A stretch of 64,000 bases of DNA from positions 3,008,001 to 3,072,000 of the forward strand of contig CAXXMB010000002.1 in the NCBI GenBank assembly GCA_963668675.2, in the 5' to 3' direction. The translations under genes were made by a program, and so were the position numbers. The notes under the pieces were generated by a model. The model was not told the DNA's origin. It did not search any database and worked only from the letters and a program-made list of their open reading frames with translations. The DNA is from an uncultured Desulfatitalea sp. Lineage in GTDB: Bacteria; Desulfobacterota; Desulfobacteria; Desulfobacterales; Desulfosarcinaceae. Positions 28,539-37,542 of this stretch are shown one piece after another; positions within the stretch are counted from its first letter, which is position 1, and each line of letters opens with the position of its first letter.

Positions 28539-28627
28539 CTCCCCCTGCTCTGCTTCTCCTATTAACCGGAACCGACCTGTCAAAAAGGGCCGGTCACACC
28601 GTGCACCTTTCTGTCGAGGAGTTTTAA

Positions 28628-30604
28628 ATGAAGGATATGATAAGAGATAATCGATCGTTTCGGGGAATCCTGCAATCCGGCGATGGCCGAATTGTAAAGG
28701 TACTGAAAGATAACGGCGATCAGATCACCTTCCAAAGCGCCTTTGGATTGTCCAAGCATATGGTCAAGCAGCTCAAAGAGCATCCCGAACATATCGTCTT
28801 CAGCGAACGCTCCCGCATCGCGCGCTTGGGGGTGCAGATTACCTGTGATCCACCGTCCATCGATCATCTGGACGGGGATCTGCTGGTCCTCACCCAGACC
28901 GCATCGGCGGCCATCACCGGCTATCCGGGGCTGAATCAACTGAGAACGTTTTTCGATGAAGGGTTGCCGGTCGGGCGCATGGTGTTTTGCGACCCCGATG
29001 CCCTGCTCTCTTCCGAAGAGGTGATGGCGGCCGTGGATCGTGCCGAGTTGAAATTGCCGGCCTCAGCAGCCATCTCGAGTGACGGCAGCATTGTGATCAC
29101 TCCCCACCGGGTGGTGTGTGCGCTGCGCGAGGATATCGATCAGGAGACCTTCGGCCGCATCCTGCTGCGCGAAGATGGCCGCGAGATGCTCAACCGCTAT
29201 CAACGTCAGGCAAAGGTGCCCCACCTGGTGATTCCGCCGGGGGAGGGGGTCATCACCACCTGCTCGATGTACCTGAACGAGCACTATGTCGTACTGCAGA
29301 GCGGCTTCTCCCTGGGGCGCAATCTGCCCGCCACTGTTCTCGATCCGATTAAAACCAGAGGCATCTGTATCTATCTGGAGATTATCAACGGGACACGCCA
29401 CACCATCGTCAATCCCCTGATCAGTGCCCGGGTATATGGCGCCCCAAGCAAAAGAGCCGTGGAGCGCCGTAAAACGCCGACCAAGAACCACAAACGTCTC
29501 AGCCTCGGTGATCTCAAAACAGTACAAAAGCGTCTGAAGGCCCGGCCAAAGCGGACTTGCCATTTCATGGATCGTTCGGTGGCTTTAATCGATCCCTCCC
29601 GAGAGGTTGCCCAGGCGGAGCTCTTTGCCAACGGCCCGAAGAAGCGGTGCCCCAATTCAAAAGCCCAGTGCTCGACTGCGCGCGATGACTTCTCTTCCCG
29701 CAGCCGGTGTTTTCATCTCTACGCCACCTCTCGTATCAAGCCAGACGACAAACAACCCCCGGCGGTGTTGGTGCTGAAGTACTTTCCCAACCTGATCGAA
29801 CACCGGGATATCATCAATCTGGTCGCTCAGGAGAAGATCCGCGCCCTCTATTTTTTTGAGGCCTCATGTGAATTCGGCCCCTTTCTCTCCCAGGAGGACC
29901 ATTCGCGGCTCCAGGAGTATCACGCCTTCGGTGTGGACGTTTACTGGATTTGCAGTTTGAACCAGAGGTTGATGATCCATACCATGCGCGACGGCAAGGG
30001 ATATTTCGTGGCGGTGGATCGGTTGGCCGATTTCCACAAGTCCATGCTGTTTGCCTTTTACGGCTCAACGCTGCCGTTGTCAGACACCGCCTCCGATCGG
30101 CTCGGACGTTTGATGGATGCGTTGGTGTCGTTTTGGGGGCGCAACATCGGAATAGTGACCGGCGGGGGCAGCGGGGTGATGGAGGCCGCCAACACCATGG
30201 CTCGGCAGCGCGGCATCCTTTCAGGCGCCAATTTTTTGGACATTACCGACCAGGCCATGACCACCGATGTGGATTTTTGCCAGGTGTTTCAAGCCACCTG
30301 CCGCCACAGCCGGCAGAAGTGGTTCGAAATTGCGTCGTTCCCCATTTTCAATGTGGGCGGGTTGGGCACGTTGGAGGAGCTTGGCATCACGCTATGCAAT
30401 ATGAAGCTGTCGATCATGGAGCGGGTGCCGATCATCCTGTTCGACACCGAAGGCGAACGCGATTTCTGGCAAAGCATGCGATGTCAGATCGCCACCATGG
30501 TCCAGCACCATCGGGCACCGGAGTGGATCAATGACCATCTGGTGATCACCGATGATCCCGAGGTCGTGACCGAGGCCTACCGCCAGCAGTTACAACTCTT
30601 TTAA
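28628..30604 (+). CDS. LOG-family protein with dCTP-deaminase/dUTPase-like N-terminal region
   Basis: C-terminal FYGS...IVTGGGSGVMEAAN...SRQK...VGGLGTLEE (LOG motifs). N-terminal RSRIARLG, GLPVGRMVF and VLDP...LEIIN. GAGGAG SD. Confidence 0.8.
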   Translation: MKDMIRDNRSFRGILQSGDGRIVKVLKDNGDQITFQSAFGLSKHMVKQLKEHPEHIVFSERSRIARLGVQITCDPPSIDHLDGDLLVLTQTASAAITGYPGLNQLRTFFDEGLPVGRMVFCDPDALLSSEEVMAAVDRAELKLPASAAISSDGSIVITPHRVVCALREDIDQETFGRILLREDGREMLNRYQRQAKVPHLVIPPGEGVITTCSMYLNEHYVVLQSGFSLGRNLPATVLDPIKTRGICIYLEIINGTRHTIVNPLISARVYGAPSKRAVERRKTPTKNHKRLSLGDLKTVQKRLKARPKRTCHFMDRSVALIDPSREVAQAELFANGPKKRCPNSKAQCSTARDDFSSRSRCFHLYATSRIKPDDKQPPAVLVLKYFPNLIEHRDIINLVAQEKIRALYFFEASCEFGPFLSQEDHSRLQEYHAFGVDVYWICSLNQRLMIHTMRDGKGYFVAVDRLADFHKSMLFAFYGSTLPLSDTASDRLGRLMDALVSFWGRNIGIVTGGGSGVMEAANTMARQRGILSGANFLDITDQAMTTDVDFCQVFQATCRHSRQKWFEIASFPIFNVGGLGTLEELGITLCNMKLSIMERVPIILFDTEGERDFWQSMRCQIATMVQHHRAPEWINDHLVITDDPEVVTEAYRQQLQLF

Positions 30605-30706
30605 CGTCGAAACAGTTTCGGCCGTTTATGGCCTTGTTTTTTCCAGGCCGGCTGTCGTACAGATGATACAGAGGGCCATAACCGACAACCGCATCGGCGG
30701 TGAGAG

Positions 30707-32293
30707 ATGGAAACGATTTCATCCAACCGTCCATCAACCGGCTTCATAGCCCTGCATGCCGTGAAACGATGCACAAACGGTGCTGGCACCCGATGCCGGA
30801 ATGGCCGGGGAATAAGGGCGTTTTTACTGCCCGTTAGCGGGCGGCTGAAAGCGTTGCGGGTTCTTTTATTGTTCAGTCTGTTGCTGGGGACCAGTGCGGT
30901 CGCCGCGGCAGAGACGGTGCGGCCAGCGGTGTGGGCAGGCCGGTTTTACCCTGCCGATGCGGCCCTGCTGAGGCGTACACTGTCGGATCTGGCCGATGCC
31001 GCTGATCGAACCTGCCCGTCGCTGCCTGCCGGAGAAAAGCTCCGGGCACTGGTGCTGCCCCATGCCGGATATGTCTATTCCGGCTTGGTTGCCGCCCATG
31101 CCCACCGGGCTTTGAAGGGTGAACGATTTGACAAGGTGATCCTGATGGGGCCCGACCACCGGGTTGGGTTTACCGATGGTGCCGTGAGTGGTGCAGATGC
31201 CTACGCCACGCCATTGGGGAGGATCAATCTGGATGGCGATGCCCGCCGGCTCTGTTCGGCAACACCACTGTTCCGGTGCGTTTCTGCATCGGATCGCAGT
31301 GAGCACTGTCTCGAGGTGGTGCTGCCGTTTCTACAGGCCTATCTGACTGAATTCTCCCTGGTGCCCATCGTTTTGGGGCCATGCAATCCCCGGCGGATCA
31401 GTTTGTCGCTGGCACCGCTTATCAATGCACAAACGTTGATGGTGGTCAGTTCCGATCTCTCCCACTACCTGCCGTATGATCAGGCGGTGGTGAGAGACAA
31501 AGAGACCATTCAGGCGATCCTCGACCTGGATCCTGCCCCTCTGTTGACCGAGGAGAACCGTGCCTGCGGGCGTTACCCGCTCGCTGTGTTGATCGATCTG
31601 GCACGTGCTTTGAACTGGAGGCCGATATTGCTGCGATACGCCAACAGCGGGGATACGGCCGGCGATCGAAAAGCGGTGGTCGGATATGCCGCTTTTGCAT
31701 TTTACGGAGAACCGAGCATGACAGCCAATACGCTTGAACTGACACCCGCTCAGGGCCAGGCCCTGGTGCGTCTGGCCCGTTACGAATTGCAACATAAGCT
31801 CGCCGGTGGCGAGGCGGTAGAGGAGGCCCTCGACACGGCCTTGGAGCGCCACAGCGGCATTTTTGTTACCCTGAAAATCGCCGGAAACCTGCGGGGCTGT
31901 ATCGGAAATCTGGGGACAAGCGAATCCCTGGTCGACGGCGTTCGTCATCACGCGATTCAGGCAGCATTTCACGATCCTCGATTTCAGCCGTTGAGCAAAG
32001 AGGAGTTATCCCGAGTGACCATCGAGGTCAGCGTACTGACAGACCCCCAGCCGCTCGCCTATGACGATGCCGACGATTTGCTCGCCAAGTTGAGGCCCCA
32101 TGTGGATGGCGTGACGTTGCGCAAGGGGTATGCACAAGCCACCTTTTTGCCCCAGGTCTGGGAGCAGTTGCCACGCGCCGAGGATTTCCTCTCCCACCTC
32201 TGCATGAAGGCAGGTCTTGGGGCCAATGAGTGGCGCCAGGGGAGTCTGGAGATCGAAACCTATCAAGTCCAATACTTTGAAGAGCCCCATTGA
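30707..32293 (+). CDS. amrB: AmmeMemoRadiSam protein B (MEMO1-like) fused to protein A (AMMECR1-like), with a signal-peptide-like N-terminus
   Basis: MEMO motifs RPAVWAGRFYP, PHAGYVYSG, GPDH, EHCLE and SSDLSHY, then AMMECR1 motifs FVTL..LRGCIG, DPRF and ATFLPQVW. The true start may be the GTG at 30761 or the TTG at 30854. Confidence 0.9.
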   Translation: METISSNRPSTGFIALHAVKRCTNGAGTRCRNGRGIRAFLLPVSGRLKALRVLLLFSLLLGTSAVAAAETVRPAVWAGRFYPADAALLRRTLSDLADAADRTCPSLPAGEKLRALVLPHAGYVYSGLVAAHAHRALKGERFDKVILMGPDHRVGFTDGAVSGADAYATPLGRINLDGDARRLCSATPLFRCVSASDRSEHCLEVVLPFLQAYLTEFSLVPIVLGPCNPRRISLSLAPLINAQTLMVVSSDLSHYLPYDQAVVRDKETIQAILDLDPAPLLTEENRACGRYPLAVLIDLARALNWRPILLRYANSGDTAGDRKAVVGYAAFAFYGEPSMTANTLELTPAQGQALVRLARYELQHKLAGGEAVEEALDTALERHSGIFVTLKIAGNLRGCIGNLGTSESLVDGVRHHAIQAAFHDPRFQPLSKEELSRVTIEVSVLTDPQPLAYDDADDLLAKLRPHVDGVTLRKGYAQATFLPQVWEQLPRAEDFLSHLCMKAGLGANEWRQGSLEIETYQVQYFEEPH

Positions 32294-34385
32294 GCGCGAT
32301 GTGGTTCGTCTGGTCGTCGCCACCGGTATCGCTTCGGTGGTTGCCCAGTTGGCTCTCGTGCGCGAGTTCCTTGCCCAGTTTCAAGGCAATGAGCTGATCA
32401 TAGCGCTGGTTCTCTCCGGCTGGTTGCTCTTGGGCGGGTTAGGTACCCGTCTGGCCCAATGGCATCGTAGAACCGATGCCGCTCTTCTATCCGTTCTCTC
32501 TATGGCCCTGGCTGTTCTGCCGCCCATTCAGATGATGGCCATCCGCTGGTTGCGTGAGACGGTTTTCGATATTGGTGCTGCGGTTGGTTTCTACCCGGTA
32601 CTCTTCTTCAGCCTGCTCACCATGGCCCCCTGCGCGCTGCTGGTTGGCTATCTTTTACCTTACAGCCTCTTCTTCCTCCGCTCCCAAATACCGCATTATC
32701 CCGGCGTGCGCATCTACCTGGCCGATAACCTGGGAGATACGTGTGGCGGTGTCATTTTCACCTTTGTTCTGGTCATCTGGGTCACCCCCATGCAGGCAGT
32801 GGCCCTGGCCGGCCTGCCGTTGCTTATTGCAGCCATGCAGTTGATGCCGCGCCGATGGATATCGGTGATGGTGTTCATCCCGATCCTTCTGATCATGGCA
32901 TCCACTATCATATGGGAGGAGTGGTCGTTGGCCCCCCCCGTGGGGCGACTGATCCACTATGAGGAGTCTCCCTACGCGCGTCTGACCGTTCATCAGGACA
33001 GGGATCAGGCAACCCTGTTTGCCGATGGAAGGCCGATGAGCGCCAGCCACGATGTCGCCGCTGCCGAGCGGGTCGTACACTATCCCTTGTCGCAACTCTC
33101 CCGGGTGGAGCGCATTTTACTCATATCGGCCCGGGGGGGTGTGACCGAAGAGCTCCGCAAATATCATCCCAAACAGATCGACTATGTCGAACTGGACCCG
33201 GCAGTCGCCCGTCTGGTAGAGAAGTTCGGGCTGATGCAGACGCTGCCACAGATGCGTCGCATCCATGCCGATGGGCGCGCATGGCTGCGGGAGTGCGACC
33301 GCACCTACGATGCGATCCTGCTCAACCTGCCGGAACCGGAAACCTTCCAGCTCAACCGTTTTTTTACAGAGCATTTTTTTGCCCTGGTCGATAGCCACCT
33401 GTCTCCTCAGGGTGTTTTCAGTTTCAGCGTCCAGGGTGCGGCCAACGTTTTTACCGCAGATCAGCGCCGGAAACTCTCATGTTTATGGCACACCGCCAGT
33501 CGTCAGTTCCGGCATGTGGCGGTGCTGCCAGGAGAGCACACGGTGTTCCTGTGTCGTCAGGTCCCAATCGATTTGGACATCCCCCATCGCCTTGCCGATT
33601 TGGACATCGCCACCCGTTTTGTGGCGCCCTACTTTTATGGCGACATGACGACCGAACGCATTGAAGCCTTCAGGCAGGCGATCAATCCCAAGATCCCCAC
33701 CAACCGGGACACCCGCCCCTATCTGATGCAGGTGATGACCTCGCAGTGGTTCACCCTTTTCGGGCACTCCCCCCGCTTTTTCATGCTGCTGTTGGCTGCT
33801 GGGCTGATCGGCTACCTGTTTCGCATGCGGCGGGAAGAGATGGTTCTCTTCTCCACCGGATTGGTAGCCATGGGGAGTGAAGTCGTTTTGATTTTTGCGT
33901 TCCAGATCTTCTTGGGCTATATTTATGCCAAGATCGGTATGATTGTGACCGCCATGCTGGCCGGCTTGCTGCCCGGGGCCTGGCTGGGGTATCGGTTCGT
34001 CAAGCAATCGAGGCGGATGCTGGCCCTTGGCGATCTGTTGATGATCGTTTGGCTGCTTCTGCTCGCACTCTTTATCTTCAATGCAGGGGATCGATTGCCA
34101 GCACTCTTCTTCTATGTGGCCGGCTTTTGCATCGCATCTCTGTGTGGATTTCAGCTCCCCCTGGCGCTGGCCCGTCTGGGCGACGACAATCGCGCCGCGG
34201 CGCACCTATTTGCGGTCGATCTGGTCGGGGCGGCCTTCGGAGCCCTGGCCACCAGTACCATCTTAATTCCATTTCTCGGATTGGGCGTGACCATCGGCAT
34301 TTTGGGTGCCGTCAAAGTGATGAGTTTTCTGATTGTGGGAGGGTGCCATGTGCGGCCTGGATCGACGGTCCTTCATCGTCACTAG
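32277..34385 (+). CDS. Polytopic membrane protein with a central spermidine-synthase-like SAM-binding domain
   Basis: About 7 TM segments, then SPYARL..VHYP..VELDPAV..DGRAWL..YDAILLNLPEP..FFTEHFF, then about 7 more TM segments. Overlaps both neighbours. Start uncertain. Confidence 0.82.
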   Translation: MKSPIERDVVRLVVATGIASVVAQLALVREFLAQFQGNELIIALVLSGWLLLGGLGTRLAQWHRRTDAALLSVLSMALAVLPPIQMMAIRWLRETVFDIGAAVGFYPVLFFSLLTMAPCALLVGYLLPYSLFFLRSQIPHYPGVRIYLADNLGDTCGGVIFTFVLVIWVTPMQAVALAGLPLLIAAMQLMPRRWISVMVFIPILLIMASTIIWEEWSLAPPVGRLIHYEESPYARLTVHQDRDQATLFADGRPMSASHDVAAAERVVHYPLSQLSRVERILLISARGGVTEELRKYHPKQIDYVELDPAVARLVEKFGLMQTLPQMRRIHADGRAWLRECDRTYDAILLNLPEPETFQLNRFFTEHFFALVDSHLSPQGVFSFSVQGAANVFTADQRRKLSCLWHTASRQFRHVAVLPGEHTVFLCRQVPIDLDIPHRLADLDIATRFVAPYFYGDMTTERIEAFRQAINPKIPTNRDTRPYLMQVMTSQWFTLFGHSPRFFMLLLAAGLIGYLFRMRREEMVLFSTGLVAMGSEVVLIFAFQIFLGYIYAKIGMIVTAMLAGLLPGAWLGYRFVKQSRRMLALGDLLMIVWLLLLALFIFNAGDRLPALFFYVAGFCIASLCGFQLPLALARLGDDNRAAAHLFAVDLVGAAFGALATSTILIPFLGLGVTIGILGAVKVMSFLIVGGCHVRPGSTVLHRH

Positions 34386-35529
34386 TGCGGCCTGGTTGGG
34401 TTGGGCGACCTCCGCCCAGGCGTTCTGGCCGTTCGGTGGAAAGACGGATGCCGGTCCTGGAGGCGGCGAGATTCGCGGCCGCGTTTTTAAAGGCGACGCC
34501 CCCGACCACCTCTGGGACGGCGCCCGTGAAGCCTATCGATTCAAAAAGATGGGTGACGGACGGGTCGTTTGTCTGGTATGTCCGCATCGTTGTCTGCTGG
34601 CACCCGGCGATCGAAGCGTTTGCCGCTCCAAGGTGAATATTGACGGTACGTTGTACACCCTGGCGTTTGGCAACCCCTGTGCGGTGCATCTCGATCCGGT
34701 GGAGAAGAAGCCACTCTACCATTTCATGCCCGGTATCAGCGTCTACTCCCTGGCAGTGGCCGGATGCAATTTTCGGTGTCTCAACTGCCAGAACTGGGAG
34801 ATCTCCCAATTTGCACCCGAGCAGGTTTCCCATCGCACCCTCTCCCCCGATAGTGCCCTGGATGAGGCCAAGCGTGTTGGATGTCGGGCAATTGCTTACA
34901 CCTACTCGGAACCGGTTACGTTTATCGAATACATGACAGCCGTTGCCGCCAAGGCTCAAGCGGCAGGGCTTAAAAATCTGTGGATCTCCAATGGTTACAT
35001 CAATCCGGAACCGCTGTCCGATTTGTGCGGGCTGATCGATGGCGCCAATATCAATCTCAAGGCGTTCAGTGACGAAATATACCGAACCCTGAATGGGGGG
35101 CGGCTTGAACCGGTCCTCGAAACACTCAAGGGCCTGCATCGCCACAAGGTGCACTTCGAAATTACCAATCTGGTCGTACCGGGCTACACCGACGACATGG
35201 AGATGGTTCGTAAGATGTGTCGCTGGGTGGTTGCCCATCTCGGACAGGACCACCCGTTCCATTTTTTGCGCTTTTTCCCTAAATACAAACTTCAGCGTTT
35301 GGCTCCGACGCCTATCTCCACACTCGACCGTTTCCGTGAAATCGCAATCTCCGAGGGGTTGCGATATGTCTACCTGGGAAATGTCCCCGGGCACGAAGGG
35401 AATCACACCTTTTGCCATAGTTGCGGCAAAATGGTTATCCAACGCAAGGGGTATCAACTCCCCGAGTACCACCTGGTAAACGGGCACTGCCGGTTTTGCG
35501 GGACAGCCATCCCGGGCGTTTGGGACTAA
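34348..35529 (+). CDS. amrS: AmmeMemoRadiSam radical SAM enzyme with a twin-arginine signal
   Basis: CLVCPHRC, DPVEKKPLYHF, GCNFRCLNCQNWEISQ and YTYSEP. N-terminus MCGLDRRSFIVTSAAWLGWATSAQA. GGAGG SD. Confidence 0.92.
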   Translation: MCGLDRRSFIVTSAAWLGWATSAQAFWPFGGKTDAGPGGGEIRGRVFKGDAPDHLWDGAREAYRFKKMGDGRVVCLVCPHRCLLAPGDRSVCRSKVNIDGTLYTLAFGNPCAVHLDPVEKKPLYHFMPGISVYSLAVAGCNFRCLNCQNWEISQFAPEQVSHRTLSPDSALDEAKRVGCRAIAYTYSEPVTFIEYMTAVAAKAQAAGLKNLWISNGYINPEPLSDLCGLIDGANINLKAFSDEIYRTLNGGRLEPVLETLKGLHRHKVHFEITNLVVPGYTDDMEMVRKMCRWVVAHLGQDHPFHFLRFFPKYKLQRLAPTPISTLDRFREIAISEGLRYVYLGNVPGHEGNHTFCHSCGKMVIQRKGYQLPEYHLVNGHCRFCGTAIPGVWD

Positions 35530-35575
35530 TAGGATTTCTTGGCTGGTTTGTTTCTGGTCCGACAGAAGTTCCACT

Positions 35576-35618
35576 AAAAAATCCGGCGCATCACCAACTG
35601 GTGTTGGCGATGCGCCGG
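35576..35618 (-). terminator. Rho-independent terminator
   Basis: 16-bp stem 35583-35598 / 35603-35618 with one G-U pair on the minus strand, followed by a T-rich tract. Confidence 0.7.
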
Positions 35619-35769
35619 GCGTCACGAAGGGGTGGAAGCTATTATGGACAGGAACGGTCTCCAAGAAAGGAGTGTATCACTGCCCATGGCGGGGTGGGGA
35701 ACTGCCGGTCCAACTCAACCAGATTGCGCTTGGGGTGAACCGGAAGCGTGGGACCGGCAGCGTTGGGGC

Positions 35770-36045
35770 TTACTTTTGAACCGGTTCGATGCTGGTGATT
35801 GTCAGCATTTTGCCCGATTCACCTTCGGCCAGCGTGCCGGTCGCTTTGACCGTTTTGCCAACCATGCTGGACAGATCCTGTCCCTGTACCATGTAAGTGG
35901 CGCCGTCATTTGCAGAGATGACGATGCCCTGATCCGTTTTTTCCACTGTACCGGTAATGCTCTGCTCGCCAGCGATTGCGACGCTGGCGGTCAGGAAACC
36001 AATGACCAGCATTACGGCGATCCATTTCATACGATTACACTTCAT
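35770..36045 (-). CDS. Small secreted OB-fold-like protein, 91 aa
   Basis: Signal peptide ending in AIA, then SITGTVEK...MVGKTVKATG...LTITSIE. GGAGG SD. Confidence 0.8.
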   Translation of the reverse strand: MKCNRMKWIAVMLVIGFLTASVAIAGEQSITGTVEKTDQGIVISANDGATYMVQGQDLSSMVGKTVKATGTLAEGESGKMLTITSIEPVQK

Positions 36046-36138
36046 TTCTCTTACCTCCCTCTAAGTATAACAAGTTGCCGCCGGGCAGCCTCCCTTCCCC
36101 AAGGTGTTAGCTCCTGCCGGCGATTGCATTTGTAACAA

Positions 36139-36154
36139 AGCAATCCCTATGCCA
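36139..36154 (-). promoter_or_regulatory. Sigma-54 promoter
   Basis: Minus strand reads TGGCATAGGGATTGCT (GG-N10-GC), about 95 bp upstream of the ATG at 36045. Confidence 0.7.
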
Positions 36155-36289
36155 AATTGTAACATTCTGAAATATTAGTATAATACAAGATATAGGGGGA
36201 AGTAAAAAGATACCGGCCTGTACTTTCTTGCGCCCTTTCGGGTACGAAATTTGCGCACCTGGCCGTTTTGGCGGTGACCGGATCTCCTA

Positions 36290-36313
36290 TAAAAATCCCC
36301 GCGAAGCGGGGAT
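36290..36313 (-). terminator. Rho-independent terminator after the cupin gene
   Basis: ATCCCCGC-TTC-GCGGGGAT followed by TTTT directly at the stop codon. Confidence 0.6.
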
Positions 36314-36636
36314 CAAGGCAGGTAGTCCTCGCGCAGCGGAGAAAATACTTCCAGTGCAACGCTCTCCTCAATGGCAACTGCTTCATGGGGTGCGTCGGAT
36401 GGAATGCACCAGCTGTCGCCAGCTCCGGCCTCAACGGTTTCGCCGGCGATGGTCAATCGAATGCGTCCCGATACGAGAAACCCGATCTGTTCATAGACGT
36501 GGTGATGGGATGGCAGTTGGCTACCCTTTTGGAGATCGAAGCGGACCATGATGGTCTTCTCTCCCCATGTAAGCGTCGTCATATCGATGCCGTCGAGCAT
36601 GTTGCGGTTTTTCCCGGTGCTGTGCTTGGTGAACAT
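36313..36636 (-). CDS. Cupin domain protein
   Basis: PSHHHVYEQIG...IPSDAPH...EVFSPLREDY. Confidence 0.9.
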   Translation of the reverse strand: MFTKHSTGKNRNMLDGIDMTTLTWGEKTIMVRFDLQKGSQLPSHHHVYEQIGFLVSGRIRLTIAGETVEAGAGDSWCIPSDAPHEAVAIEESVALEVFSPLREDYLP

Positions 36637-36745
36637 AGGCGCTCCTCTCTTTTTGATGATGAAAATGGGTAGCCGCTATGATAGAAAAAACAGCGGCCAA
36701 AACACAATGGGAAAAGTTGGATATTTCATATGGAAGGAGTGTTGG

Positions 36746-37540
36746 ATGCACCTATTTGACAACGATATCGACAGTCGAAAGATCGAGGGATCCGCCTTCG
36801 ACCTGTCGGGTGAGATCAAGCCCAACTGGGCCATCAACGGGTTGCCCAACGGCGGCTACCTCATGGCCCTGTTGGCCAATGCCATTTTAAAAGCGGGCCG
36901 GAAAAAGAGAGTCGCCATCGTGACGGCCAACTACATCCAGAGAACCACCCCGGGGCCGGTGCGCCTCTCCCTGGAGCGCATATCCGACACGGCGCAATTC
37001 GAACGTATTGGGGCCCGCCTGCTGCAAAAGGAGAGTGTAGCAGTGGCCGCCATGGCTACCTTGATCGAAGAGGGAATGGCGTGTTCTGTCGACCGTTACG
37101 AGGCCGCCGTTCCAGAGGTGGCGCCGCTTGCAGCGTGTATGGCCATGCCCGCAATGCCAAAATTTACGCTTTTTGACCAGATGGATCTGCGCATCGATCC
37201 GGCCTGTACCGGCTGGATGACCAGCGGGGAGCTGGCCAAGCGATCCGAGCACAAGGGGTGGATTCGCTTTAAAGAGAAACGGCCTTATGATGCGCTGGCG
37301 CTGTTGCTGGTCGCCGATTGTTTTCCGCCGCCGGCTTATGCCAGCCTCGGAATGGGCGCCTGGGTGCCGACGATCGAGCTTTCGGTCAATATCCGTAAGC
37401 TGCCTTCGACACCATGGTTAAAGTGTTTTTTTCGTACCCGGTTCATTACATGTGGTCTGCTGGAGGAGGATGGCGAGATATGGGATGAAGAGGGGCAACT
37501 GGTCGCCATCAGTCGTCAGATTGCGCAGTATCGCATCTGA
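36746..37540 (+). CDS. Double-hotdog thioesterase family protein
   Basis: WAINGLPNGGYL, ADCFPP, WVPTIELSV and EEDGEIWD..G.LVAISRQ. AAGGAG SD before the ATG at 36746. Confidence 0.88.
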   Translation: MHLFDNDIDSRKIEGSAFDLSGEIKPNWAINGLPNGGYLMALLANAILKAGRKKRVAIVTANYIQRTTPGPVRLSLERISDTAQFERIGARLLQKESVAVAAMATLIEEGMACSVDRYEAAVPEVAPLAACMAMPAMPKFTLFDQMDLRIDPACTGWMTSGELAKRSEHKGWIRFKEKRPYDALALLLVADCFPPPAYASLGMGAWVPTIELSVNIRKLPSTPWLKCFFRTRFITCGLLEEDGEIWDEEGQLVAISRQIAQYRI

Positions 37541-37542
37541 TC

